Positions 9,901 through 18,323 of a DNA stretch of 64,000 bases are shown here, in pieces. Source of the stretch: Methanobacteriota archaeon (GTDB lineage Archaea > Thermoplasmatota > E2 > DHVEG-1). The position numbers and the translations under genes were made by a program. Below the pieces are notes generated by a model. The model was not told the DNA's origin. It saw nothing but the letters and a program-made list of their open reading frames with translations, and ran no database searches. The stretch lies in NCBI GenBank assembly GCA_963769885.1, contig CAVYNH010000006.1:480001-544000 (forward strand), in the 5' to 3' direction. Numbering within the stretch: the first letter of the stretch is position 1; each line of letters starts with the position of its first letter.

Positions 9901-10351
9901 CGTAGTTGATCTTGCTCCAGTTGGCGTGGTAGAGGTAGGTGGGGAGGGCGTTGTCGTAGGTGGAGTAGAGGGTGGCTTGGTAGTTTTGTTGGAGGTTGAT
10001 GTAGTGGAAGTAGTCGCCGCACCAGCCGTTGTACCAGTGGTTGATGACGTCGTAGCCGCCGGGGACGTTGGAGAGGGTGGTGTTGAGGTAGGAGAGGGTG
10101 GTGCCGAGGCGTAGATAGATGGTGACCTGGGAGGAGGGGAGTTTAATGACGAGGGGGTAGGTGGTGAGGGGCCGCGGGGTTTGCTGGTGTGGGGGCGCCG
10201 GGGTGAAGAGAGCGGTGAGGGGGCCTTGGGGCGGCTGTGGGTTGCCGAGCCCTTCGGCGAACTGGGCTTGGATGGTTGGGATCAGGGCGGTGCTGAGGAA
10301 AAGGAGACTTAGAATTACGACTATGGTTTTCGTGAGTGGGTGTTTTGACAT
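6902..10351 (-). CDS. Large surface adhesin: signal peptide, thioester (TED/TQXA-like) head, 11 InlB-B/Flg_new-type repeats, C-terminal Ig-like domain
   Basis: ATG 10351 after GGAGG; WCGD, VQDAIW, VQRTLI motifs; 72-aa repeats Y.YGQ.V.LTA.P..GW.F..W.G. Confidence 0.8.
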   Translation of the reverse strand: MSKHPLTKTIVVILSLLFLSTALIPTIQAQFAEGLGNPQPPQGPLTALFTPAPPHQQTPRPLTTYPLVIKLPSSQVTIYLRLGTTLSYLNTTLSNVPGGYDVINHWYNGWCGDYFHYINLQQNYQATLYSTYDNALPTYLYHANWSKINYVLNHRVGTSYQQVQDAIWYLLDCGNLGLNTQGWALVNAARGNGSFIPAPGQICAVLLGVSTTVQRTLIEVTVPARTLTLTCNGSGSITKTPNLASYVYGQLVNLTATASPGWTFDHWTGDATGNTTTTSLTMNGDKTATASFTQNHYTLTLTTNGNGSINKNPSQANYTYNQTVQLAAQPQPGWTFDHWTGDATGTTTSVNVTIIGNKAATAYFTQNQYTLSLATIGNGSIDNEPTLATYVYGQVIHLTAQPQPGWSFSYWTGDATGTTNPINITVTDNTTATAHFTQLHYTLALTAIGNGSLIKNPDYPSYLYSQVVHITAQPSLGWSFDHWTGDATGPSPTANITITHNSSATAHFTQDQYTLSVSTNGSGTIQISPQQTTYVYGQKVYLTAMADLGWTFNHWAGAANGTANPVNFTMAGHAAVTGYFTQNQYTLTLSVNGNGSILKNPSQSTYTYGQIVHLTAQPQAGWTFNHWSGNASGNALTVDVTITANAAVTAHFTQDQYTLSVTLAGSGTVTKNPSQATYVYGQVVRLTAQPTLGWSFGMWTGNATGTTNPVNVTMTGNKAVTAHFTQNQYTVTVSSVGSGTVTRTPNQSTYIYGQTVNLTAIPNPGWTFSFWSGNATGTANPVQITVTGNMAAAAHFTQNQYTLTTSVNGNGTITRLPNQSTYTYGQSVQLTAVAAAGWTFNHWSGNVTGTTNPVNITINGNKAVTAHFTQNQYTIAVSVNGSGTVTKDPEQTTYVYGQVVRLTAIPSPGWSFNYWGGDATGSVNPVEVTVNGNLAVTAYFTQIQYILSVSTVGSGTVVKNPEQATYTYGQTVQLTAQPAANWTFDHWSGNATGTTNPVTITISGNASVTAHFSMMDLWAPTVHIDQPIDAVYLLDRMLCPFTMPLFFHNLTVIVNATDNMSGVDHVEIFIDNVSKAVLTTPPYQYLWSEPKPMKHVLKAVATDKAGNSAVDSMLVWRWRMHPVIIGYFIVKAIMWHLYNGAHPVQTESS
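7304..9679 (-). repeat. 11 tandem 216-bp (72-aa) coding repeats
   Basis: Counted in the translation from RTLTLTCNG to AHFSMMD; constant length, diverged DNA. Confidence 0.9.
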
Positions 10352-10556
10352 ACCGGACGGTCCTCCCTTCATCGCATTGGGACAATAGGATGGAGACTTA
10401 TATACAAATCATTATATTAATATTTTATGCTATCTTATAAAAGTATCTTATAAAAGGGGTTTCCTGATGGGCGAGGGGGCATACCGGGGTACCTAAAAGT
10501 GCAAAAGTCTTGATATTCAATAAAACTAATTCTTCAAATAGCCAATCCCTTTATAT

Positions 10557-10691
10557 GAGACTGTCAACTTAAGATTTTTCTATCTTCTAACAGTTCCACT
10601 ATCTGGTTGAGCATTCCCCTCCCTCTCTGTTGAAGTCAAAGATGGATGGGTCTGCTCAATTAATAGCCTATTTCCTTAAGTTGACACTCTC
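10557..10691. mobile_element. 135-bp MITE with IS256-type ends
   Basis: Terminal inverted repeats GAGACTGTCAACTTAAG / CTTAAGTTGACACTCTC (16/17 match); flanking 9-bp duplication CCTTTATAT / CCTTTATAC. Confidence 0.75.
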
Positions 10692-10763
10692 CCTTTATAC
10701 AATAGAAACCTTTATAAATGGATTTTTTATTATTGTACTTTAATTATATTGGGGGAACAGAAA

Positions 10764-12029
10764 ATGAAACGTAAATTGATAACAATATTAATTTGTACGC
10801 TGATGTGCGCTACTGTAGCATCGGTAGCAGGGTCTATGAATAATAATGAGAGAGCTGTAAAAGCAATAGCAGACTCATCGTCTAATACTATCGTATGGTT
10901 ACAGCCTAGTGAAGTGCAAACAAAGACTGCCTCGTTATTCTGGCCACCAACATGGGTGCACTATGATGATGGTACCTCTGAGAACTCTCTAGGATTAACT
11001 GCTGGCGGGATTCTTACTGAGGCTATTAAATTAACACCTACGGAACTCACCGGCTTAAGCGGATCTTTTATTTGTATTAAGGTCATGCATGGATGTCCGC
11101 TCTATCCAGGTTGCCCGGCATCAGCCTACACCGCATGGTGTTGGGAAGGCGCTACTGCACCATCTAGTCCGTCTGCGGCTACAATTGTTAGCAGTGGTAC
11201 ATGCCCAGCAATAGACAACTATTATTACATCAACTTTACCGGTTTTCCATTCGATAACACTAAAACGTATTGGATCGGAGTAGATTGGACTCACGCTGCT
11301 GGTTCTTTTCCATGTGGCTTTGATACAGCCTCTTGTATTGTTGGTAAAAGCGATTGGCTTTGGTATTCCGGTGGTACATGGACGGAACTTACCACTATTG
11401 GTTACCCCGGAAACTGGAACCTTTGGGTGGGAGTAGGATCAGAAGGAAATCTGCCTCCAGTCACACCCGGTGCACCAGCCGGGCCGACAAGCGGTGTCAC
11501 AGGTGTATCGTACTCATTTACCGCAGCGACCTACGACCCTGACGGAGCCACTGTTTCTTATAAGTTCGATTATGGCGACGGTAGCTTTTCAGCATGGATT
11601 GGACCGTTAGCGAACAATGTTACCGCAACGGGATCGCATACCTATACTGCTGCTGGGAATTACAACGTCAAGGTGATAGCACAAGATAGCGCGGGCGCTA
11701 ACAGTAGCTGGTCTGCTGCACATGCCATCGCTATTACCCTGGCGCCAACCATCACGATCGCCATCAAGGGCGGCTTGGGCGTCACCGCGAATATCACCAA
11801 CAGTGGCGCAGCGGCCATCACCGCGAACTGGACGATCGACCTGAGCGGCGGCCTCATCATCCTCGGCAAGCACAAGGCAAACAGCCACAGCATCGCGGCC
11901 GGCGGCTCCTACAACGCCAAGGACTTCGTCCTCGGCTTCGGCTCGACCACGATCACCGCCACCGCCAACGGGGTCACGAAGACCGCGACCGCCAAGGTCA
12001 TCCTGATCTTCGTCACCGGAGTCGCCTAA
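10764..12029 (+). CDS. Secreted PKD-domain protein with conserved C-terminal domain
   Basis: Signal peptide MKRKLITILICTL; YDDGTSEN module; PKD YKFDYGDG; C-terminal cassette. Confidence 0.85.
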   Translation: MKRKLITILICTLMCATVASVAGSMNNNERAVKAIADSSSNTIVWLQPSEVQTKTASLFWPPTWVHYDDGTSENSLGLTAGGILTEAIKLTPTELTGLSGSFICIKVMHGCPLYPGCPASAYTAWCWEGATAPSSPSAATIVSSGTCPAIDNYYYINFTGFPFDNTKTYWIGVDWTHAAGSFPCGFDTASCIVGKSDWLWYSGGTWTELTTIGYPGNWNLWVGVGSEGNLPPVTPGAPAGPTSGVTGVSYSFTAATYDPDGATVSYKFDYGDGSFSAWIGPLANNVTATGSHTYTAAGNYNVKVIAQDSAGANSSWSAAHAIAITLAPTITIAIKGGLGVTANITNSGAAAITANWTIDLSGGLIILGKHKANSHSIAAGGSYNAKDFVLGFGSTTITATANGVTKTATAKVILIFVTGVA

Positions 12030-12050
12030 GACTCCCCCCTTTTTTCTTTT
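11756..12050 (+). repeat. Copy 1 of near-identical ~290-bp C-terminal cassette plus terminator
   Basis: 7 mismatches versus copy 2 up to the stop codon, only 1 in the last ~230 bp. Confidence 0.92.
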
Positions 12051-12060
12051 TTTTTCTCCT
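12030..12060 (+). terminator. Oligo-T archaeal terminator (duplicated at 13802-13832)
   Basis: C-run then T-rich tract directly after the stop. Confidence 0.6.
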
Positions 12061-12194
12061 CCCAAGCACGCCAAGGTATCGATATTTTTTCCACTCTGTT
12101 CACGTGGAACTTCTCGCTTGTGTTTTGACTCGAGGAGGACGAAGGAGAGAACCGTGCCAAATGACCGCCTCATGGAAGACTCATCGATCCCTCC

Positions 12195-12275
12195 GCAATC
12201 ACCATCACCGCGGGGGGACAAACGAAGACCGCGAACGCCGTAACCCTGCTGGTCTTCATAGTAGTTTCTGCCTAT
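12195..12275 (+). pseudogene. Orphan remnant of the C-terminal domain
   Basis: Translates AITITAGGQTKTANAVTLLVFIVVSAY versus TITATANGVTKTATAKVILIFVTGVA; in-frame TGA at 12162, no start. Confidence 0.6.
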
Positions 12276-12547
12276 CATCCCTTTTCCTCTCTTTTTCACC
12301 GTCCTTTATTAACCTCGAGTACATCAACCTCTTGTATTTTGTCATAACCCCCTCTCTTTTCATCATTCGTGAAAGAAAAAGTGCCCCGACTCCTGTAAAC
12401 AACAGCTATAAGACCAAATACTCAGATATAATTAAACCGCAATCACAGTGAACAAGAGAAGAAAGAGTGGTTATGCATTCCGAAAGAAATATATACTAAT
12501 AACACAATTAAAAAATAGTACTCTCTTATAAAAGGAGGCAAAAAAAG

Positions 12548-13801
12548 ATGTTAGGCAAATCATTATTGAAAGCAGCTGTAGTCATCGCCATCGCTCTGGC
12601 CATGATCATGCCAGCCTCAGCAGCGATCACAAAAACCCGAACACCAACGACCACCCCCACGCCACACCCCGCCACCCGGGGAATCCTCCTCCAAGACGGC
12701 TTTGAAAGCTACGACGACTTCGCCATCGCCTTCCCGCCATGGACCAACATCGATACTGACGCACTACCGACCTACGGGATGACTGGATATACATGGACCA
12801 ACCAATTCTCACCGCAGGCGTACATGGTCTTCAACCCCGCAATGACGTCTCCCGCCATAACCCTCCCTGATTTACAGCCCCACGCCGGAGCCAAATTCGC
12901 CACCTGCTGGGCTGACGTCCCCTCCGGGTCTCAATACAATGACGACTGGCTCATCACCCAGCAACTCAGCGCCGGCACCTTCGGCTACGTCAGCTTCTAC
13001 GCCCGCTCCTACGTCTCAACCTACGGACTGGAACGGTTCGCCGTCGGCATCTCAACCACGAACACCCAACCCTCCAGCTTCACCATCATCTCACCCGGAA
13101 GCTACGTCGAAGCCCCCACAGCTTGGACCCTGTACAACTACTCGCTCTCCTCATACCACGGGAACATCTACGTCGGGTTCCACTGCGTCTCCCAGGACGC
13201 CTTCATCTTCATGCTCGATGATGTCACCGTCGCGGGAGAAGGCGGCGCAGACCTCATCCCACCCGTCACCACCTGCAACCTCACCGGAACCATCGAAGGA
13301 GACCACTATATCGGCGATGTCAAGGTGACCCTGTCGGCTACCGATGAAGGAGGATCCGGCGTCGCATTCACCATGGTCAAGGTCGACTCTGGGCTCTGGG
13401 GGAACTACACCGGGCCCTTCAACGTCACCGCTGACGGCGACCACACCGTCTACTACTACTCCGTTGACGGCGCCGGCAACCATGAGACCCCGAAGAGCAC
13501 CGACTTCAAGATCCAGCACCCGATCGTGATCGCCATCAAGGGCGGCCTCGGTGTCACCGCGACCATCACCAACAATGGCGCAGCGGCCATCACCGCGAAC
13601 TGGACGATCGACCTGAGCGGCGGCCTCATCATCCTCGGCAAGCACAAGGCAAACAGCCACAGCATCGCGGCCGGCGGCTCCTACAACGCCAAGGACTTCG
13701 TCCTCGGCTTCGGCTCGACCACGATCACCGCCACCGCCAACGGGGTCACGAAGACCGCGACCGGCAAGGTCATCCTGATCTTCGTCACCGGAGTCGCCTA
13801 A
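12548..13801 (+). CDS. Secreted cleaved-adhesin (choice-of-anchor J)-like protein with OmpL47-type Ig module and conserved C-terminal domain
   Basis: AAGGAGG RBS; DGFESY...WTNIDTD, NDDWLIT, ERFAVGIS, FMLDDV; PPVTTC...YYSVDGAGN. Confidence 0.85.
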   Translation: MLGKSLLKAAVVIAIALAMIMPASAAITKTRTPTTTPTPHPATRGILLQDGFESYDDFAIAFPPWTNIDTDALPTYGMTGYTWTNQFSPQAYMVFNPAMTSPAITLPDLQPHAGAKFATCWADVPSGSQYNDDWLITQQLSAGTFGYVSFYARSYVSTYGLERFAVGISTTNTQPSSFTIISPGSYVEAPTAWTLYNYSLSSYHGNIYVGFHCVSQDAFIFMLDDVTVAGEGGADLIPPVTTCNLTGTIEGDHYIGDVKVTLSATDEGGSGVAFTMVKVDSGLWGNYTGPFNVTADGDHTVYYYSVDGAGNHETPKSTDFKIQHPIVIAIKGGLGVTATITNNGAAAITANWTIDLSGGLIILGKHKANSHSIAAGGSYNAKDFVLGFGSTTITATANGVTKTATGKVILIFVTGVA

Positions 13802-13822
13802 GACTCCCCCCCTTTTTCTTTT
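13528..13822 (+). repeat. Copy 2 of near-identical C-terminal cassette plus terminator
   Basis: Constant 1772-bp offset from copy 1. Confidence 0.92.
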
Positions 13823-13907
13823 TTTCTTTTTCACTCCTCACAGGATAGCAGGCCCACTCGATGAATTTTTATAGGTACAACCCCGTTAAATATCTTCGGG
13901 GAAGACT

Positions 13908-15845
13908 ATGAATAAGCACGCTTTTACCACTGGAAGGCTACTCACCATCCTGGTACTATTGACCTGCGCCTCACTGCTCGCCTCGGCCGCCCCCCAAGTA
14001 CAACAGTCGCGGCCCCAGCCCGCAGGGCAACCCACCCTGCCCAGCCAATATGACCTTCGCAACGTCAACGGCACGAACTACGTCACCGGCATCCGCAACC
14101 AAGGGCAATACGGCACCTGCTGGACCCACGGCATCATGGCCTCCATGGAAGGCAACCTCCTTATAACCGGCAACTGGGCGGCCGCCGGGGAGACCGGCGA
14201 ACCGAACCTCGCCGAAGCCCACCTCGACTGGTGGAACGGATTCAACGACCAAAACAACGACGACGACCCGGGCGGACCCGGGATTGAGGTTCACGAAGGC
14301 GGCGACTACCGCGTCGGCACCGCGTACCTCACCAGAGGCGAAGGCGCCGTCCGCGAAATCGACGCCCCCTACTCCAATTTAGTAACCCAATGCGCTCGCA
14401 CGAGCCCCACATACCACTATTATATCCCCCACGACGTCGAATGGTACGTCGCCGGATCGAGCCTTAGCAACATCAACTCGATTAAACTCAGCCTCATATT
14501 GCACGGTGTTATCGGCACCTGCATCGACTACGCCAACTTCATGCAAAACTACATCCAGTACCAACCCCCGACCGACCCCAACCCACCTAACCATGCGGTC
14601 GCGATCGTCGGCTGGAACGACAACATGGTGACACAAGCCCCGCAAGGCCATGGGGCCTGGATCGCCAAGAACAGCTGGGGCAATTGGGGTCCCTATGGCG
14701 GGTACTTCTATATCTCTTACTACGACAAATGCTGCTGTCAAGACCCCCAGATGGGCGCTGTCTCGTTCCAGGGAGTCGATTTTATGAATCAGTCGACCAA
14801 GATTTACTACCATGATTATCATGGCTGGCGCGACACCTTCGCCGGCGCAACCGAGGTCTTTAACGCGTTTACCGCAACCCGGCAGGATGCGCTCCAGGCG
14901 GTCAGCTTCTTTACGGCGGCTGACAATGCTTCCTATACGGTAAAAATCTATAAGAGCTATGAGAGTGGGCAACTCCAAAACGAGGTCGCCTCAGAAAGCG
15001 GGATCTTTCCCTATCTTGGATTCCATACTGTGGATCTCAGCCATCCCATCGGACTCGCTGCAGGGTCGAACTTCTATGTCTACCTTTCCCTCTCCCCTGG
15101 CGGCATCCCCTTCGATCGCACCTCTGACGTGCCTGTGCTTCTTGGAGGCTCCTCTCGGACCGTTGTCCACTCGATCGCGCATCCTGGAGAAAGCTATTAC
15201 AAGAATGGCAACACATGGACTGATCTCTACGGCTACCACTTCTCAAACTCATCGTGGGATGGCACGGCGAACTTCTGTGTCAAAGCCATGACGAATAACG
15301 CTTCGGGAGACCTCTGGCCACCTGTGACGACCTGCTCGTTGAACGGTACCCTCCAGGGCGGTGTCTACCTCGGCGATGTACAAGTCAGCCTGCATGCCAC
15401 GGACAACCTGTCTGGCGTCGCACAGACCAATTACTCGCTCGACGGTGGCTCCTGGACAACCTACGTGGATTCATTCATCGTGGCTGAAAACGGACCCCAT
15501 GTCCTTCGGTTCTATTCGACGGATTATGCGGGGAACGTCGAACCTGTACAGACCGCCGAGTTCACGATTCAACCTTCGTTAACCATCACGGGTGGATTCG
15601 GCCTGAAAGTCACCGTCAAGAACGTCGGGTCTCTGAATTTGACAGATGTACCATGGAATGTCTCGATGAAGAAAGGATTGGTGTTGCTCGGTAGAAGTGG
15701 GCACATCAGCCTTGCGACAGGCGAGGAGACCACCGTCAGAAGCGTCGTCTTTGGATTGGGTCGTACGGACGTCACGTTCACGATCGGTCCTTGTGAAAAG
15801 ACCACAGCGGCGACCATCTTCCTCTTCTTCGTGATAACGGGGTAA
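13908..15845 (+). CDS. Secreted papain-family (C1A) cysteine peptidase with lectin-like, Ig and conserved C-terminal domains
   Basis: NQGQYGTCW, NHAVAIVGW, KNSWG catalytic motifs. Confidence 0.9.
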   Translation: MNKHAFTTGRLLTILVLLTCASLLASAAPQVQQSRPQPAGQPTLPSQYDLRNVNGTNYVTGIRNQGQYGTCWTHGIMASMEGNLLITGNWAAAGETGEPNLAEAHLDWWNGFNDQNNDDDPGGPGIEVHEGGDYRVGTAYLTRGEGAVREIDAPYSNLVTQCARTSPTYHYYIPHDVEWYVAGSSLSNINSIKLSLILHGVIGTCIDYANFMQNYIQYQPPTDPNPPNHAVAIVGWNDNMVTQAPQGHGAWIAKNSWGNWGPYGGYFYISYYDKCCCQDPQMGAVSFQGVDFMNQSTKIYYHDYHGWRDTFAGATEVFNAFTATRQDALQAVSFFTAADNASYTVKIYKSYESGQLQNEVASESGIFPYLGFHTVDLSHPIGLAAGSNFYVYLSLSPGGIPFDRTSDVPVLLGGSSRTVVHSIAHPGESYYKNGNTWTDLYGYHFSNSSWDGTANFCVKAMTNNASGDLWPPVTTCSLNGTLQGGVYLGDVQVSLHATDNLSGVAQTNYSLDGGSWTTYVDSFIVAENGPHVLRFYSTDYAGNVEPVQTAEFTIQPSLTITGGFGLKVTVKNVGSLNLTDVPWNVSMKKGLVLLGRSGHISLATGEETTVRSVVFGLGRTDVTFTIGPCEKTTAATIFLFFVITG

Positions 15846-15966
15846 GGGCACCCAAGCGGACGGGGGGACAGGATGGTTTTTCCTGTCCTTTCTCCTTCTT
15901 TTCTTGTTTTTTTTTCAGAGCCGAAAAAGGGAATGATATTTTACTGCCGATTGGACGCGGAAAGCC

Positions 15967-17079
15967 CTATGACACTGTCGTGGCTGTCCAGATGTCTATA
16001 GTGTCCTTTGAGAGGTTCGTGCCATCCGAGGCTAAGGCATCGAGGGCGTGGAGGCCTTTGCTGGCAGCTAGCGGCCAGTCGAAGGGTGGCTCGGTGTCGT
16101 TTTTCACCAAGGCTCCGTCAAGGTAGAAGGAGACGCTGGTCGCGTTGGTCGTAGTCACGGTGATGACGGCGTTTCCGAAGAATCGTGCGGCACCGCGTTC
16201 GATTGAGGGGAGTTTGCGGGCGATGGTGGGAAATCCGTGGCCGAAGAGGTAGGTCTTGAAGTTGAGGGGTGTGTCGAAGCTGATGGTGGGGGCGTTGGGT
16301 CTGAGGTTGCCGTAGACGTCGCCGAGGTACATGATGCCGGTCCCTGGTCCGTACCAGGAGGAGAAGATGTTGGCGGAGTAGCTGAGTCGGAACCAGCCGT
16401 CCTCGCCCCAGCGGGTCCCCCAGCTGTTTTTAAGGATCCAGCAGGAGTTGGCGTCGTCGTAGCCGACGAGGGCGACGACGTGGCCGCCGACGATTTGTCC
16501 AGAGCCGGGGGTGTAGACGCCGTGGCGGTAGTTGAAGAAGTCGTTGGGGAAGTGGATGCAGACGACGAGGGGGCCGTGGGTGATGAGGTTTTGTTTGATG
16601 GTGTCGATATCGTGGGCGATCCAGCCCCAGTCCGTGATTTTGACGGTGCGGTTCTGCCAGCCTGGGAGGCTTTGGTAGGTGAAGTCGGCGGGGCGGTGAG
16701 GGTCGGGGAAGCAGCCTTCGTCGGGGACGCCGTAGGTTTTGAGGTAGTTGGCGGCGTCTTGGAGGTTGACGTAGCCTTGGGCGATGGTGCCGCCGGCGTA
16801 GAAGTAGATGTGGGCTTCGGAGAGGTCGGAGATGGTCTGTGCGTGGAGGGCGTAGCGGACTTTGGTTTCGAGGGCGGCGCAGATGGCGTAGCCTTCGCAG
16901 GTGGGGGCGGGGGATTGGTCTTTGATGGGGGTGGTGTAGTCGGTGCCGTTGATGTCTCTCCAAGAGAACGAGGAGGGGAATGTGGGGGTTGCAGTGCCGG
17001 TGGGGGTGGGGAGGATAGGAATGGTGGTGAGGAGGACGAGGGCGATGGCGGTGGTGAGGAGGGTGCGAGGGGCGGACAT
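15967..17079 (-). CDS. Secreted papain-family (C1A) peptidase with atypical catalytic-Cys context
   Basis: KDQSPAPTCEGYA, GGHVVALVGY, KNSWGTRWGEDG; C-terminal Ig domain. Confidence 0.88.
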   Translation of the reverse strand: MSAPRTLLTTAIALVLLTTIPILPTPTGTATPTFPSSFSWRDINGTDYTTPIKDQSPAPTCEGYAICAALETKVRYALHAQTISDLSEAHIYFYAGGTIAQGYVNLQDAANYLKTYGVPDEGCFPDPHRPADFTYQSLPGWQNRTVKITDWGWIAHDIDTIKQNLITHGPLVVCIHFPNDFFNYRHGVYTPGSGQIVGGHVVALVGYDDANSCWILKNSWGTRWGEDGWFRLSYSANIFSSWYGPGTGIMYLGDVYGNLRPNAPTISFDTPLNFKTYLFGHGFPTIARKLPSIERGAARFFGNAVITVTTTNATSVSFYLDGALVKNDTEPPFDWPLAASKGLHALDALASDGTNLSKDTIDIWTATTVS

Positions 17080-17477
17080 GGGGTTACTATTATCTGGTGG
17101 TGTTTTTATATTTGTCTATGGGTTTTTGAGTTGATTTGTATGTACTCTTTTTAAGATTCTTGGCTTGGTCCTGTGGTGGTATGAGGATTGTCCCTGATAC
17201 GAATGTGATTTTTGATGGGAGGATCAGGGGGAAGCTTGAGGAGGGGGAGTTGGGATACTTCTGAGGCGTTGTTTGCTGAGGCGATGTTGTCTGAGTTGGG
17301 GGCTCTGGCGACTGCGGGGTAGATGTCGAGGGTGCCTTCCCATTCAGCTTCGCACTGTTGGTATTGGGGCAATGAGGATTCTTTCGTGATTGGTTCTTAA
17401 TAAACATCGTGTGCAATCATGAGGAAGGAAGAAAGAGAAGAGGGGGGCAGGGGTGAATCCTGCCAGGTTATTCTGTG

Positions 17478-18323
17478 CTAGACCGTTGGCACGTATGCGG
17501 CGTCGGCCTGATCCATGTAAAAGGCGACGTGCTTCCCGATGTGGTTAGTTGGGTCCGCGGGGATCTGGTGGGGCATCCAGTGGGCTAGCGTCGAGATGAC
17601 CATGATGTTGCTGTCTTGGATGTCGGGGAAGGTGAGGTTCCCGTGATTGGCGGCTCCGTCCCAGGTAACCGACAGCTCCTTCGTCTTGTGGGGGGAGAGG
17701 AGCACAAGCTTCCTGAATGCATAATCGAGGAGACCGTAGTGGTAGGGGTCGCCATCTGCGTTCTTCCATCGGGAGGAAATCTCGGTCACGTATGATTTCA
17801 AGATCCCGAAATACGGGGAGTTGCCGTTGTTCGTTATCTTGACGGTGATGTCTAGCTTGCCGTTGTCATGCCCAACGATGGTGGTATTCACCGCGACGGC
17901 ATGGACTTCGCGTGCGCCCGCCGTCTCGATCAGGGTCTTGTACGAGGCTTTCGTCTGGTTCACGGTGCCAGAGGTGCCGACCTGATGGGAGAAATCACCA
18001 TCGAGGAAGACGGAGGGAAACGCGCGGCCGCCGAGTTGCAGGAACCGGGATTTGGAAACCGAGCTTTGGTCGTAGACCTCGGCGAGGAAATAGAAGCTGT
18101 GCGAGGAGCCTTCCTCCTCGAAGAGGGCGTTGAGTGCCTCCGCGGCGGTCGGGCAGTAGCCGCACCAGGTCGCGGTGCCTTCTTCGACACAGACAACATG
18201 GGTCGCGGTAGCGGCGGGCTCCGGGGTAGTCGGAGTGGTGAGCTGGGTGGTTCGGACGGCAGCGTTCGCAAGGGGTGACAGGGTCACCGCTGCAATGAGG
18301 ACGAGCAGGAAGAACTTCTTCAT
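17478..18323 (-). CDS. Secreted thioredoxin-fold (Omp28-like) protein
   Basis: Signal peptide; EEGTATWCGYCP; cis-Pro motif AFPSVFLDG. Confidence 0.75.
   Translation of the reverse strand: MKKFFLLVLIAAVTLSPLANAAVRTTQLTTPTTPEPAATATHVVCVEEGTATWCGYCPTAAEALNALFEEEGSSHSFYFLAEVYDQSSVSKSRFLQLGGRAFPSVFLDGDFSHQVGTSGTVNQTKASYKTLIETAGAREVHAVAVNTTIVGHDNGKLDITVKITNNGNSPYFGILKSYVTEISSRWKNADGDPYHYGLLDYAFRKLVLLSPHKTKELSVTWDGAANHGNLTFPDIQDSNIMVISTLAHWMPHQIPADPTNHIGKHVAFYMDQADAAYVPTV

Noticed and set aside
10431-10455. Tandem TATCTTATAAAA(G) repeat as origin iterons
   Set aside because: Only two copies in AT-rich promoter DNA; no ORB consensus or orc1/cdc6 adjacent.
11756-13822. Duplicated cassette as a diversity-generating retroelement TR/VR pair
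   Set aside because: Mismatches are not confined to adenines, both copies are coding 3' ends, and no reverse transcriptase is present.
17151-17372. 73-aa ORF between the peptidase and Omp28-like genes
   Set aside because: No recognisable motif or RBS; composition explained by local skew.
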